A stretch of DNA of 64,000 nucleotides from NCBI GenBank assembly GCA_040770645.1, contig JAXGIS010000005.1, positions 13,333 to 77,332 on the forward strand, read 5' to 3'. Below are positions 20,889-32,500 of the stretch, one piece after another (position 1 is the stretch's first letter; each line of letters starts with the position of its first letter). The translations under genes and the position numbers were made by a program. The DNA comes from Thermoleophilia bacterium (GTDB lineage: Bacteria; Actinomycetota; Thermoleophilia; RBG-16-64-13). The notes beneath the pieces are model-generated. The model was not told where the DNA came from, ran no database searches, and saw only the letters and a list, made by a program, of their open reading frames with translations.

Positions 20889-23414
20889 GTGCAAATATCA
20901 ACGGCGTGGGACATACGGCCGTTTCGCTGGGACGTGGCCGAGGGCATTTCGCGGGAGCTGAATCTGCCCCTGCTTGTGGGAGTGGTCATGGCCCGCCGGG
21001 GATTCAGCGGGCCTGAGGAAGCGCACAACTTTCTCTATCCGGACGGGATCGTACCCAGCCCCTTCCTGCTTGGTGGCGTGACTGAAGCCGTGGACCGTAT
21101 TGCCGCGCATATGGATGCAGGTTCGCGGGTGGTTGTCTACGGCGACTATGATGTAGATGGCATTTCCGCCGGTGCCCTGATGGTTCTGGGCTTGAGAGAG
21201 CTGGGCATGAAACCGGAATGCATCCTTCCCAATCGGTTTGAGCACGGCTACGGATTGTCGGCGGGAGCCGTTCATCAGTTGGCCGCCGGGGGTCCTGGTT
21301 TGCTGATCACGGTGGACTGCGGGGTGAACTACCCGGAAGAAGTGGCGTTGGCCCAAAGCCTGGGCATGGAGGTGGTGGTGACGGACCACCACACCCTGGG
21401 GGAAACGATGCCTCGGGCCGTAGTGGTACATCCTCGCATCCGTGAGTATCCGGGGTCTGATCTGTGCGGCGTGGGGGTGGCGTTCAAGCTGCTGCATGGG
21501 CTGCACGTGCGATTGCGGAGGGAGCTCGAGGATCGAGTACCTCCCTCACTGCAGTCTTTGCTGGATCTGGTCGCTCTCGGCACCATCGCGGATATCGTGC
21601 CCCTTATAGGAGAAAACCGCTATTACGTGAAAGAAGGATTGCGGCGCATGGCTTGGGGCGCGCGGCCGGGGTTGCGCGCGCTCATGGATGTCTCCAACTG
21701 TGTTCCGGAATCGATCGATACGGCGGCTGTCGCCTACAGGATAGCGCCGCGGCTCAACGCTCCCGGACGGTTGGACAGCCCCGACCTTCCGCTGAAACTG
21801 CTTCTCACTCAGGATATAGAAGAGGCTCGCGTCATAGCGGCGCGCCTCAACGACATGAATCGTGAGCGTCAAGAGGTGGAAGCCGCGATTCTCAAAGAGG
21901 CGCTTGCGCTTGCGGAGAAAGAGGATCCGGCGTCGCCCGCCCTCGTGCTGGCGGGGGAGGGCTGGCATGAAGGAGTCGTTGGTATCGTGGCGTCGCGCCT
22001 GGTGGAGAAGTTCTACCGGCCTGTTGTCCTCTTGGCCCTTGCCGGAGACAGGGCGAAGGGGTCGGGAAGGAGCATACCGGCTTACGACCTGATTTCCGGC
22101 CTTACCGAGGCGTCACATCTCCTCGACGTATATGGGGGCCACAAACAGGCCGCGGGTCTCACACTACATCGCGCGCGGGTGGATGAGTTGCGTACCGCGC
22201 TGGTGGCGGATGCGGCGGCTTCGCTGACTCAGGCCGATCTCACCCCGGTCTATACACCGGACGCCATCGTCTCCGGCACGGAGTTGACCCTCGATACCGC
22301 TGAAGCGCTCGGGCTTCTGGGGCCGTTCGGTGCTGGAAACCCCCAGGTTCGGCTTCTGGCCTTGGGGGCGGAGTTCGACAACGTGGCGTGTACCAGGAAC
22401 GGTGATCATCTACTCTGCGCTCTGGCCTTGGACGGCCTGCGTATCCGAGGCATCGGCTTTGGCCTGGCGAAGACCCTCTCCGCAGCCGGGCTGCAGGACT
22501 CGAGAAGGCATGCGGCGCTTCGGCTGGAGGCCAATCGGTGGAACGACATCGTTCGGCCCGAGGTGGTCATCCACTCCCTGTTTGACGTGAACGAATTTGG
22601 TGAGGATGCGCTTGGCTGCGCTCCCGACTGTCCCTACCTCGATGATCTTCTCGCGCCGCCGGCTTGCGCTCACTGCTCAGAGCCGCTCGCCGGACTCGAC
22701 ACTGTCCACGACGTCACAGAGGTGCCGGGTAGGGACCTGCGCGGCGCGGGCATGCAGCTCTCCACTATTGCACAGGTGGTGTCGGCGGGAGAGCCCACCG
22801 CCATCGTGGCCTGTTCAGTAGCGCCGCGTCTGGGGCAGGTGGCCGGTCGAATCCCCTTTGATCGTTTGGGAGTACCGGGCGTCGACTGTGTGGGTCGGCT
22901 GTGTTGGCGCACACGCCTCGCCGGGTTGCGGTCGAACTCTCTGTTGTTCGTCGATTGGACGGCCGCCGGGCGGCGGGCTGATCTGCTGAAGGGACGCCGC
23001 CACATCATCGTGCTCGATCCCCCGTACCACGCGAGCCACACGGCGCTGCTGCACCTGTGCTCTGATGCGGGTGCAACGATCCATCTCTGCTACGGCCCGG
23101 AAGAACGTGAGTTCACAGAGCGTTTCTTGCGGGCATCTACGCACCCTCGCACGTGGATGGTGCCCCTGTACAGGGCGCTTCGTGGAGGCGCAGGCCGTGA
23201 CGAAGCTCTGCGTATCGTCGCTCGAGAGGCGTGGGACTCCGGATCCATCCCGCCGTCGGGGTATGAACTTCAGCGGGCGTGGAGAATACTGGCGGCGCTG
23301 GGGCTGACCGAATCCAGCCAGGCATCCCTCCCTCTGGATCCCTCAGCTATTCCTGAGTACGCAGAGGGCGAGGCCGAGTATGAGGAAGCGGTGAGGCTAT
23401 GCCGGACGCTGTGA
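20889..23414 (+). CDS. recJ: Single-stranded-DNA-specific exonuclease RecJ, with a roughly 250-aa C-terminal extension.
   Basis: DHH motifs VVYGDYDVDGISAGA and VVTDHHT. DHHA1 GGHKQAAGL. The GTG start follows a GGAGAGG RBS. Confidence 0.85.
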   Translation: MQISTAWDIRPFRWDVAEGISRELNLPLLVGVVMARRGFSGPEEAHNFLYPDGIVPSPFLLGGVTEAVDRIAAHMDAGSRVVVYGDYDVDGISAGALMVLGLRELGMKPECILPNRFEHGYGLSAGAVHQLAAGGPGLLITVDCGVNYPEEVALAQSLGMEVVVTDHHTLGETMPRAVVVHPRIREYPGSDLCGVGVAFKLLHGLHVRLRRELEDRVPPSLQSLLDLVALGTIADIVPLIGENRYYVKEGLRRMAWGARPGLRALMDVSNCVPESIDTAAVAYRIAPRLNAPGRLDSPDLPLKLLLTQDIEEARVIAARLNDMNRERQEVEAAILKEALALAEKEDPASPALVLAGEGWHEGVVGIVASRLVEKFYRPVVLLALAGDRAKGSGRSIPAYDLISGLTEASHLLDVYGGHKQAAGLTLHRARVDELRTALVADAAASLTQADLTPVYTPDAIVSGTELTLDTAEALGLLGPFGAGNPQVRLLALGAEFDNVACTRNGDHLLCALALDGLRIRGIGFGLAKTLSAAGLQDSRRHAALRLEANRWNDIVRPEVVIHSLFDVNEFGEDALGCAPDCPYLDDLLAPPACAHCSEPLAGLDTVHDVTEVPGRDLRGAGMQLSTIAQVVSAGEPTAIVACSVAPRLGQVAGRIPFDRLGVPGVDCVGRLCWRTRLAGLRSNSLLFVDWTAAGRRADLLKGRRHIIVLDPPYHASHTALLHLCSDAGATIHLCYGPEEREFTERFLRASTHPRTWMVPLYRALRGGAGRDEALRIVAREAWDSGSIPPSGYELQRAWRILAALGLTESSQASLPLDPSAIPEYAEGEAEYEEAVRLCRTL

Positions 23415-25652
23415 AGAAGGCACCCGCCGTGGGGAATCCGGCCATTGCCACCAAGATCACCCAAGAGGATCGGTTGTTATTGGACGAGCTGTTTCGGCAG
23501 ATCGTCCGCTACAACCCCAATTTCGACCGCGACCTGGTGACACGGGCCTTCGGGGTGGCCGTCTCACAGCATCGGCATCAGCTGAGGGCCAGCGGAGAGG
23601 ATTACATACACCATCCGCTCGGAGTGGCCATCATCTGTGCCCAACTGCGGCTGGACTCGGCCACCATCGCTGCGGCGCTTCTCCACGACGTGGTTGAAGA
23701 CACCGACGTAGGCCTCGACCGCATCAAAGAGGAATTCGGCGACGAAACGGCATTGCTGGTTGACGGTGTCACCAAACTGAGTCAGATGTCCTTCCGGAGC
23801 GTGGAAGAGGAACAGGCCGAGAATTTCCGGAAGATGATCGTGGCCATGGCCAAAGACATCCGCGTGATTCTGATCAAACTCGCGGACCGTCTTCACAACA
23901 TGCGCACTTTGAGCTATCTGGGCAGAGAGAAGCAGATCCAGAAGGCCAAAGAGACGCTGGGCATCTATGCACCACTTGCGCACCGGCTCGGTATTGAGTC
24001 GATCAGATGGGAACTGGAGGACCTTGCCTTCCAGACGTTGCATCCGCGCAAGTACGCGGAAATCGAGCAAATGGTGAATCAACGCCGGACCGATCGCCAG
24101 GCATACATCGAAGAGGCGCGCAGCATACTCAAGAGCGAGTTGGATCGAGCCAGGATCGATGCCGACATCGTTGGACGAGCCAAGCACTTCTACTCCATAT
24201 ACGACAAGATGACCCGCAGGGGCAAGGAGTTCAACGAGATCTACGATCTGGTGGCTATGCGCGCCGTAGTGGCCTCCGTGCGTGACTGTTACGCCACGCT
24301 GGGGATCATCCACTCGCTGTGGAAACCCCTACCCGGCCGTTTCAAAGACTACATCGCCATGCCCAAGTTCAACATGTACCAGTCCTTGCACACCACGGTC
24401 ATCGGGCCGCAGGGCAAACCGCTCGAGATTCAGGTGCGAACGCGCGAGATGCATGAGACATCGGAATACGGCATTGCCGCGCACTGGATATACAAGGAGA
24501 AGGGCAAGGACACCGCTCGGGCGCAGGAGCCACTCAACAAATTCACGTGGCTGCGTCAGGTCATGGAGTGGCAGTCGGAGACCCTCGATGCGGGCGAGTT
24601 CATGGAGTCGCTGCGCGTGGACCTTTTCCAAGATGAGGTCTACGTCTTCACGCCCAAAGGCGAGGTGAAGGCGCTGCCGCTTGGGTCTACGCCGGTTGAC
24701 TTCGCCTACGCCATTCACACAGATGTGGGCCACCATTGCGTCGGAGCCAAGGCCAATGGGCGGATTGTGCCCCTGACCCATCGATTGCAGTCGGGCGACA
24801 TCGTGGAGATCCTGACCTCCAAGACCTCGGCCGGACCTTCACGGGACTGGCTGAGCTTCGTCAAGAGTTCATTCGGCCCGCAACAAGATCCGTCAGTGGT
24901 TCCGGCGCGAGCGCCGCGACGACACTGAGCACCAGGGCAAAGAGCTTCTGCTGGAGTCCTTCCGCAAACAGGGCCTTCCCGCACAGAAACTGCTCCGCTC
25001 GGAAGCGGTGGGGGAGATCATCAAGGAGCTGGGTTTCCAGAAGCGGGAAGACTTCTTCGTGGCGGTCGCCGGCGGCAAGGTCCCTTTGGGTCAGGTTCTC
25101 AGCCGGGTGATGCAGCGGATGGACAAGAGCTCCGTGGCGGAGAAAGCGGGGTTGCCTGCTGCCCCCATTGCCAAGCGGACTCAGCGGCGTGCCTCCTCCG
25201 AAGCTGCGGGGCTGCGTGTGGAGGGCGTGGAGGATGTGGCCATTCGCATCCCGGAGTGCTGCCGTCCGGTTCCGGGGGACGACGTGGTGGGCTACATCTC
25301 GTTGGGCCGGGGGATCACCGTACACAGGCGGGACTGCCCCAACCTCAAAGCCTTGGAACGCAATGCGGAGCGGCTGGTCCCCGTTGCCTGGGACACACGC
25401 ACGGCGGGGCCGTATCGCGTCGAGATTCAGATTGAGGCGTACGACCGCAGCCGTCTCCTGGAGGACATCTCGCGGACTCTGAGCGAGAGCGGAGTGAACA
25501 TCGTAGCGGCGCATATTCAGACCACCGACGACCGACGTGTCAAGGACAGATTCGTGTTCGAGGTGGCGGACGTGGAGTTCCTCGATGGCATCCTGGAGCG
25601 CATCAGGCGCATAGACACCGTCTACGATGCCTACCGGGTCACGCCACAGTAA
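23399..25652 (+). CDS. relA: Bifunctional (p)ppGpp synthetase/hydrolase RelA/SpoT. The frame is broken near 24868.
   Basis: HD domain HHPLGVAIICAQL...HDVVEDT. Synthetase domain RAKHFYSIYDKM...IYDLVAMR. TGS domain. The ACT domain is in ORF 25008... The bridging frame reads SARNKIRQWFRRERRDDTEHQGKELL. Confidence 0.85.
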
Positions 25653-25754
25653 GCGTCTTGGTAGAATGTGCGGCGGCATAGCCTTTTTCTGAAGCCGCCG
25701 GCGCCTGTGCCGGCCGGCTTCATGGCGACTACGAGAATCCACCCCGGAGGTTCC

Positions 25755-26390
25755 ATGAAGATCGTATGCGCGCCGGTGGGCCCACTTCAGGCCAACTGCT
25801 ACCTCGTGAGTGATGACGAGGGTGTCACGTGTGTAATCGACCCGGGCGGTGAGGCCGAGAGGCTCGTGCAGATCATGGAAAAGCGTGGCCTGGTTTGCCG
25901 GCAAATCCTCCTCACGCACGGCCACTTCGATCACATGGGTGGAGCTGCGGATCTCGCCCGTCTAACGGGCGCCCCCATCGCCTGCTCGCCGGATATGGCG
26001 CCCATGCTCCGCGATCCGGATCGATACATCCCCTTCCCGGGCTTTGAAGGTACCCCCGGGCGTGAGTTGGATCAGGCTCTCCATGAAGACGACGTGATAG
26101 CCGTGGGCCGGTTGCAGGTAACCGCCATAGAAACACCCGGCCATTCTCCAGGGGATATGACTTTCGAGATCGGGGGAAATCTGTTCTGTGGCGACCTGCT
26201 CTTCCGCCGCTCCGTGGGTCGTACGGACTTCCCAGGCGGGGATTTCGACACGCTACTCGCCTCCGTGGCCAAACTCATGCGGCGCTACCCTCCCGAGACA
26301 CCGGTTCATCCCGGTCACATGGAGTCCACCACCTTGGGAGAGGAGTTGCAGTTCAATCCCTTCTTGCGGGGGCTGGCGGGCCGTGTCTGA
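25755..26390 (+). CDS. MBL-fold metallo-hydrolase (glyoxalase-II-like).
   Basis: LLTHGHFDHMGG...GHSPGD motifs. Its position between relA and hisS is conserved. Confidence 0.8.
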   Translation: MKIVCAPVGPLQANCYLVSDDEGVTCVIDPGGEAERLVQIMEKRGLVCRQILLTHGHFDHMGGAADLARLTGAPIACSPDMAPMLRDPDRYIPFPGFEGTPGRELDQALHEDDVIAVGRLQVTAIETPGHSPGDMTFEIGGNLFCGDLLFRRSVGRTDFPGGDFDTLLASVAKLMRRYPPETPVHPGHMESTTLGEELQFNPFLRGLAGRV

Positions 26391-27671
26391 GGCCTCTGCC
26401 GAGCCCATCCTGGCACCCAAGGGCACGTACGACATCCTCCCCGAGGACCAGCCGGCGCGACGTTGGTTGCTTCGCACAGCCGAAGAGGTGTTTCATCGTT
26501 ACGGGTACGGCAGGTTGGACACCCCCGTCTTCGAGGAGACACGGCTCTTCAACCGTGGAGTGGGGAGTCCACGGATATCGTGCGCAAAGAGATGTACACC
26601 TTCCTCGATCACGGCGATAGGAGCATGACGCTGCGCCCTGAAGGGACCGCACCTGCGGCCAGGGCCTTCGTGGAGCACGGGATGCACACGCGGCCGTTGC
26701 CGGTCAAGCTTTGGTATCACTGGCCCATGTTCCGTTATGAAAGCCCGCAGAGTGGCCGCTACCGACAGCATCATCAGTTGGGCGTGGAGGCTTTTGGATC
26801 CGACTCGCCTGAGCTCGATGCAGAAGTCATAGGGGTTCTGGCCACGCTCTACGATGAGCTGGGACTGAGCGGCATCGAGCTGCGGTTGAACTCCATGGGT
26901 TGTCGTGTCTGCCGCGGACCCTACACGGGGAGACTACGGGCTTTCTTGCGCGCACATCAGGCTGAGATGTGCGGCGAATGCAATGAGAGATTGGAACTCA
27001 ATCCTCTGCGCTCGTTTGACTGCAAAGTGCCGTATTGCTGCGAGGTGATGGAGGGGGCGCCGCGGTTGGTTGAAGATCTGTGCCCCGCTTGTGCCGACCA
27101 TCACGCTGCGGTGACCCGGTACGTGGGGTTGCAGGGGATTTCGTTCGTGACCGACCATCGTCTGGTTCGGGGCATGGACTACTATACGCGCACCACTTTC
27201 GAGTTCGTTTCGGCGGATCTGGGGGCGCAGTCCGGTGTGGGCGGAGGAGGCCGCTACGACAACCTGGTGGAAGCCATAGGTGGTCCACCCACCCCGGGTG
27301 TGGGGTGGGGCACAGGAGTGGAGCGCATCCTTCTGGCCCTTAGCCGCACCCGCGATGACCTGCCGCGGCCGGTACCACCGGGCGTGTATGTGGTGGCGTT
27401 CTCTGGCGCGGCCCGCGAGACGGCTTTCGTACTGGCGCATCGACTGAGACGGCAGGGTGTGGCCGCAGAACTGGACTTCCAGGGCCGGAGTCCAAAAGGC
27501 CAGATGAAACAGGCCAACCGTAGTGGGGCGCACTTCGCATTCATCATCGGGGACGAGGAACTGGCTGCGAACCGAGTGACAGTGCGGGATCTGTACACCG
27601 GCGAAGAGCGACTCATAACAAGCGACGACGCCGTGGAGGCGGTCCTCAACGCGGAAGAGAGCGGTCGATGA
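26383..27671 (+). CDS. hisS: Histidine--tRNA ligase. The frame is broken near 26565.
   Basis: The GTG overlaps the MBL stop. PKGTYDILPEDQ...RYGYGRLDTPVFEETRLF | ...DIVRKEMYTFLDHGDRSMTLRPEGTA... Confidence 0.85.
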
Positions 27672-29421
27672 GCTACAGGACGAATTGGTGCGGCGAAGTG
27701 ACTGAGGCCATGGTGGACGACCTTGTGCAGCTGGCCGGCTGGGTGCACCGGCGACGTGACCATGGGAATCTGGTCTTCATCGATCTGCGTGACCGGACGG
27801 GTCTGGTGCAGTTGGTATTCGACCCCGCTCGGGCTGCAGCGGCCCACGCCACTTCTCATGTACTGCGCAACGAGTTCGTCATCTCGGCAACGGGAACGGT
27901 GGTGCGCAGGGATGACGACCGCATCAATCCGAATCTTCCTACAGGTACGGTGGAGGTGGCCGTCGACGAGCTGCACATATTGGCGGAGGCCAAGACCCCT
28001 CCTTTCCTGCCGGATGATCACGGGGAAGTGGACGAGACGGTGCGTCTCAAATACCGTTACCTTGATCTGAGGCGCCCGCGCATGCAACGCAATCTGCGTC
28101 TGCGCGACCGCGCGGCGCAGTCGGTGCGCCGCAGCCTCGAGACCCAGGGCTTTCTGGAAATAGAGACCCCCATTCTCACCAAGAGCACACCGGAAGGGGC
28201 CCGCGACTTCCTGGTGCCGAGTCGCCTTCAGCTGGGGCAGTTCTATGCTCTGCCGCAGTCACCCCAGCTGTTCAAGCAGTTGCTGATGATGGCCGGTTAC
28301 GAACGCTACTACCAGCTCGCCCGCGCCTTCCGTGATGAAGACCTGCGGGCCGACCGTCAACCCGAGCACACGCAGATCGATCTCGAGATGAGCTTCGTGC
28401 AGGAAGAAGACATCCAAGATGTGGTAGAGGAGATGATCTGTGCCGTGTTCGCCGAAGCCTTGGGGATAGACGTGGGGCGTCCTTTCCCTCGGATGACCTA
28501 CGCGGAAGCCATGAGGCGCTTCGGTAGTGACAAGCCGGACATGCGGTTCGCTATGGAGATCGTAGACGTGTCGGACTTGGCGGCAGGCAGCGAGTTTCGT
28601 GTGTTCAGTGAGACTCTGGCCTCCGGAGGAGTGGTACGCGGGCTGCGGGCGGCGGAGGCCGGGGCCTTCTCGCGCAAGGATGTCGATGATCTGGCCGCGG
28701 TTGCCGGCCCGTTTGGCGTGAAAGGCCTGGCCCCGATCTGGGTGGAGGAGGGGGAGTTCGCTCTCCCATCGCCAAGTTCTTGTCTCAGGACACTCTGGCT
28801 GCTCTACTGGATCGGATGGAGGCAGTACCGGGAGATCTGCTTCTCTTCGTGGCCGACCAGGAGAGTGTGGCGGCCGCCGGGCTGGGCGCCCTCCGTGTGC
28901 ATCTGGCCGAGCGGCTCGGCATCGCACGTTCCGGCTGGGCGTTTCTCTGGGTGCTCGACTTTCCCATGTTCGAATGGGATGCAAAAGAAGCGCGGTTCAA
29001 AGCCCAGCATCACCCGTTCACTCGACCACGTGTGCAGGATCCGGCCGAGTTACGCGAGCGCCCGGCGGAGTTGGGTACCTACGCCTATGACCTGGTGCTG
29101 AACGGGGTGGAGTTGGGCAGCGGTTCGTTGCGCGTGTCCGACCCGGTTCTGCAGAAGGCCATTTTCGAGACGCTTGGTCTCACCGACGAAGATATCAAGG
29201 CCAAGTTCGGCTTCCTGGTGGAGGCCATGGACTATGGAGTGCCCCCGCACGGAGGGTTCGCTCTGGGGCTCGATCGCCTGATCATGCTCATGGCAGGCGA
29301 GAACTCAATTCGAGAGGTTATCGCCTTCCCCAAAACCCAAAGCGGGTCTTGTCCGTTAACAGGAGCGCCGTCTTCAGTGTCGAACGATCAGCTGAAGGAG
29401 CTCAGGATCAAGACAATCTAG
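27668..29421 (+). CDS. aspS: Aspartate--tRNA ligase. The frame is broken near 28755.
   Basis: ATGA overlap with hisS. GWVHRRRDHGNLVFIDLRDRTG...QSPQLFKQLLMMAG. The C-terminus GGFALGLDRLIMLMAG is in ORF 28780... Confidence 0.85.
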
Positions 29422-29693
29422 GGTGGAGCCGGTGGCGTCAGGTGACCGTTTGCCGGCGGTGTGGTTTGGTTCGTTGTTGGCTACGAAAGGCTGTGATACA
29501 GTTGTTGTGCTCGACCTTGTGCGTGATCTGCTCTCATCTTGAGCCAACACACCATGATCGGGAGGCAGGTTTGTCCGGTCGGCGTACACCTTGCGGGGTG
29601 TGTCCTCCGGGGGCTGCCACCCACCTGCTTCGGCAGGTTCAAGCGCCTGTCAGACACGGCAAGGTGGAGCATTTTTATTTAGGAAGGGAAGCG

Positions 29694-30196
29694 ATGTCTG
29701 GACGAATTAGACACCAGTTTGGCGTCCTGCTCCTGGTTGTCGTTGTGGCACTCTTCGCCTTGGGTTGCATGGGCGGAGAGAAGACGACCACCACGACCAG
29801 CATTCGAGATGCCACCACAGCCCCTTCCGGGCACAAATCAGGTGCGGCCCGGTGGGCGAGCAGTTGGTTGCCTCCGACAACACGCCGGTCGAGTTGGCCC
29901 AAGCTCTCACCACTAAGAACCCCGTGGTGATCCTCATCTACGTAGCCGGCGGCTCTTCAGATGAGCTGGTGCGCCAGTCGCTCACCAAGATCGCTCCCAA
30001 ATTCCCCGATGTGACCTTCCTCATGTACAACTACAACAACCCCAAGGAGTACGGTGATATCGTCGGCTCCCTCGGGGTGCATTACCCTCCGTTCGCTGCG
30101 TTCGTGGACAAGGGCAACGTGGTGCGCTACCTCACCACAGGTTTCGTGGATGAGGGCGTGCTCAACCAGTACGTAGTCAACATTCGCCAGCTCTGA
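29694..30196 (+). CDS. Putative secreted lipoprotein with a thioredoxin-fold-like C-terminal half and no CxxC. The frame is broken near 29835.
   Basis: Signal peptide plus lipobox LLLVVVVALFALGC. A threonine-rich linker. The remainder is in ORF 29765... Confidence 0.5.
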
Positions 30197-30293
30197 CCGG
30201 CGAACGCCTCGCCTCACGCCTCACCTCGTAAGTCGGCTTGTGACGGGTGCCGCCCCCCTGATATCGCGCCCGCATAGTCGGGGCCGTCCCAGT

Positions 30294-31352
30294 GTGTTGG
30301 TTGGACTGAGTGGGGGGGTGGACAGTGCTGTGGCGGCACTTGTACTCCTAGAAGCCGGGTATCGGGTTCACGGTGTGACCTTCTCGCTTTGGACCGATCC
30401 ATCCTTGTCGGCTGAGAATCGATGCTGCTCGGCACACGCGCTGTGCAGCGCCAGGCAGACGGCGGAACGACTCGGGATCCCCCATGACGTAGTCGACTTG
30501 GCCGACCCGTTCTACCGCGTCGTGGTAGAGCCCTTCGTTGCCGCTTACGCAGGGGGCATGACTCCCAACCCGTGCGTGGCCTGCAATGCTCGACTCCGGA
30601 TGCCCATGCTGCTCCGGTTGGCGGGGCAGTGGGGTTTGGATGGGATCGCTACAGGCCACTACGCGCGCCTGGTTGGCGTTCCCCCCCGGCTTCACAGGGC
30701 GCGGGCAAAGGACAAAGATCAATCCTACGTACTTGCCCGCGTGGACCCCCAGGTGCTGGAGAGCGCACACTTTCCCTTGGGAGAGCTGGACAAGGCCGAA
30801 GTACGGGCGAGGGCCAAGCGGGCGGGGTTGGATGTGCACGGGCGCGCGGAGAGTCAGGAGATCTGTTTCATTCCAGACAACGATCATCGTCGGTTTCTCT
30901 CAGAACGCCTCGAGCACCGGCCGGGGCCCATATGCGATCTCAACGGTCGGCAAATTGGGCACCATGCGGGGATTCACCGTTTCACCATTGGTCAACGCAA
31001 GGGTCTGGGGATAGCCGCCGCACAGCCTTTGTATGTGGTGGCGATCAGGGGGCAGGACAACGCCGTGATCGTGGGGCCGGCTGCGGCCCTCGAAGTGCGG
31101 GAGCTCGAGGTGCGGGATATCACCTGGCACGAGCCCGCGTTGTTGGAACAGCCTTTGCGCGTCCAGATCAGGTCAACAGGAAGACCGGCGGCGGCGGAGG
31201 TGCTAGCATGGGAAGGGGATGGACTTCGGCTGGGGCTGCGTGGGAGCGAACGTGCCGCAGCGCCGGGGCAGACCGCCGTCATCTACCACGAGGACCAAGT
31301 GGTGTGCGGCGGAGTGATCGTTTCATCCTGGTCCGGTTTGCGGCCGAGTTGA
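30294..31352 (+). CDS. mnmA: tRNA-specific 2-thiouridylase MnmA.
   Basis: PP-loop VLVGLSGGVDSAVAA. Catalytic cysteines. The ORF opens at 30240. The GTG at 30294 gives the usual N-terminus. Confidence 0.85.
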   Translation: MLVGLSGGVDSAVAALVLLEAGYRVHGVTFSLWTDPSLSAENRCCSAHALCSARQTAERLGIPHDVVDLADPFYRVVVEPFVAAYAGGMTPNPCVACNARLRMPMLLRLAGQWGLDGIATGHYARLVGVPPRLHRARAKDKDQSYVLARVDPQVLESAHFPLGELDKAEVRARAKRAGLDVHGRAESQEICFIPDNDHRRFLSERLEHRPGPICDLNGRQIGHHAGIHRFTIGQRKGLGIAAAQPLYVVAIRGQDNAVIVGPAAALEVRELEVRDITWHEPALLEQPLRVQIRSTGRPAAAEVLAWEGDGLRLGLRGSERAAAPGQTAVIYHEDQVVCGGVIVSSWSGLRPS

Positions 31353-31437
31353 GCTGTATTCAGCTATACTGAGATTTGAACTGCGAATTAACCACGGCTG
31401 TCCGTGCGGTACTGTTTTGGTGTGACACGGAAAGGAG

Positions 31438-31815
31438 ATGGGAGTGGATGCCGGTGACTTCATGAGGATCGCCATTGGGGTCTTCTTCTTGCTATTCGGC
31501 GTCGGCCTTCTGGTTATGCTCCTTCGCCTGGCCGGTGTTTTCGGCGCCGCCTCCTCTATGGTGCAGGACGTTGACAGGGAAATCGTGCCGGTGCTGAATC
31601 GCTTACAGACGACGATGGACGCCGTCAACGCGGAACTGGGTACTGTCGGCACCATGACCGAGAGCCTCTCCACTGCAGCCGGTGCGGTGGAGCACACTAC
31701 GGTTGCCGTGACTCGGGCGATTGGCGGCCCCATCAAAGCGCTCTCGGGGGTGTCGGCCGGGGTGGCTCGAGCCGTTGCTACTATGTTCCAACCCAAGCAT
31801 AAGGAGGTCTCCTAG
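31438..31815 (+). CDS. DUF948-family membrane protein.
   Basis: N-terminal TM helix, then a coiled region VQDVDREIVPVLNRLQTTMDAVNAELGTVG. Confidence 0.6.
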   Translation: MGVDAGDFMRIAIGVFFLLFGVGLLVMLLRLAGVFGAASSMVQDVDREIVPVLNRLQTTMDAVNAELGTVGTMTESLSTAAGAVEHTTVAVTRAIGGPIKALSGVSAGVARAVATMFQPKHKEVS

Positions 31816-32058
31816 ATGCTCCGCAAACTGATCTGGCTTCTGCTGGGCATAGCGGTGGGTGGCGCAGTGTATCTTGCGCAGCGACGGGCAAAGGAGACGG
31901 GCCGCGGGTTTCTGGAAGTCATGCCTGAGGTGCCGGCTGATGCGCGCCGTCTGTTCGATGGAGTTGTGGCTCGTGCCAAAGAGGCGATTGAGGCCGGGCG
32001 TGAGGCTGCGGGCGAGAAGCAGGCAGAAATCCAGTCCATTTTGAACGGGAATCCCTAA
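31816..32058 (+). CDS. YtxH-like small membrane protein.
   Basis: TM helix LIWLLLGIAVGGAVYLA followed by a charged helix. The start is adjacent to the DUF948 stop. Confidence 0.5.
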   Translation: MLRKLIWLLLGIAVGGAVYLAQRRAKETGRGFLEVMPEVPADARRLFDGVVARAKEAIEAGREAAGEKQAEIQSILNGNP

Positions 32059-32095
32059 GTGTAACGCCGACCGACCGCCGGGGAGGGGGAAGGTC

Positions 32096-32500
32096 ATGAA
32101 CGTAGACACGGTCAGCATCACCATCCCCGACAGGGACCAATTCATCCCGCTCCTGCGCTTGGTGCTGGGCGGTATAGCTATGCGCAAGAACGTTTGTTTC
32201 GATGATTTGGATGACGTGCAGTTGGCCGTGGACGATCTGCTTGCCAACCGGGTGCCCAATGGCGGACAGATCTCAATGGTGGTTCGTGTGGGCGGGGCCT
32301 CGCTCGACATCATCGTGGAGGCGAAGGTAGACGAGGATCTCTGCCGGCGGCTGAAGACGCCGCCGGAGAGCGCCGGAGAGGATCCAGAAACAGCGGTGCT
32401 CGATACGTGCAGGTTACTTCGATCTCTCATGGACGATTACGAAGTGCAGGATCTTCCGGCCGGACGCTTCTCCATCAGGATGACCAAGGAGTGCCGGTGA
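32096..32500 (+). CDS. Anti-sigma factor (RsbW-like serine kinase / HATPase_c).
   Basis: IPLLRLVLGGIAMRKNVCFDDLDDVQLAVDDLLAN resembles the RsbW N-terminus. The stop overlaps the start of the following sigma factor. Confidence 0.6.
   Translation: MNVDTVSITIPDRDQFIPLLRLVLGGIAMRKNVCFDDLDDVQLAVDDLLANRVPNGGQISMVVRVGGASLDIIVEAKVDEDLCRRLKTPPESAGEDPETAVLDTCRLLRSLMDDYEVQDLPAGRFSIRMTKECR

Noticed and set aside
24861-25934. A 357-aa minus-strand ORF.
   Set aside because: Antisense to relA. An artefactual high-GC open frame.
29422-29693. A possible terminator or structured RNA in the 270-bp gap after aspS.
   Set aside because: Only weak, imperfect inverted repeats are present (around 29425-29475 and 29610-29640). 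Neither has a convincing stem plus U-tract. Not reportable without folding software.
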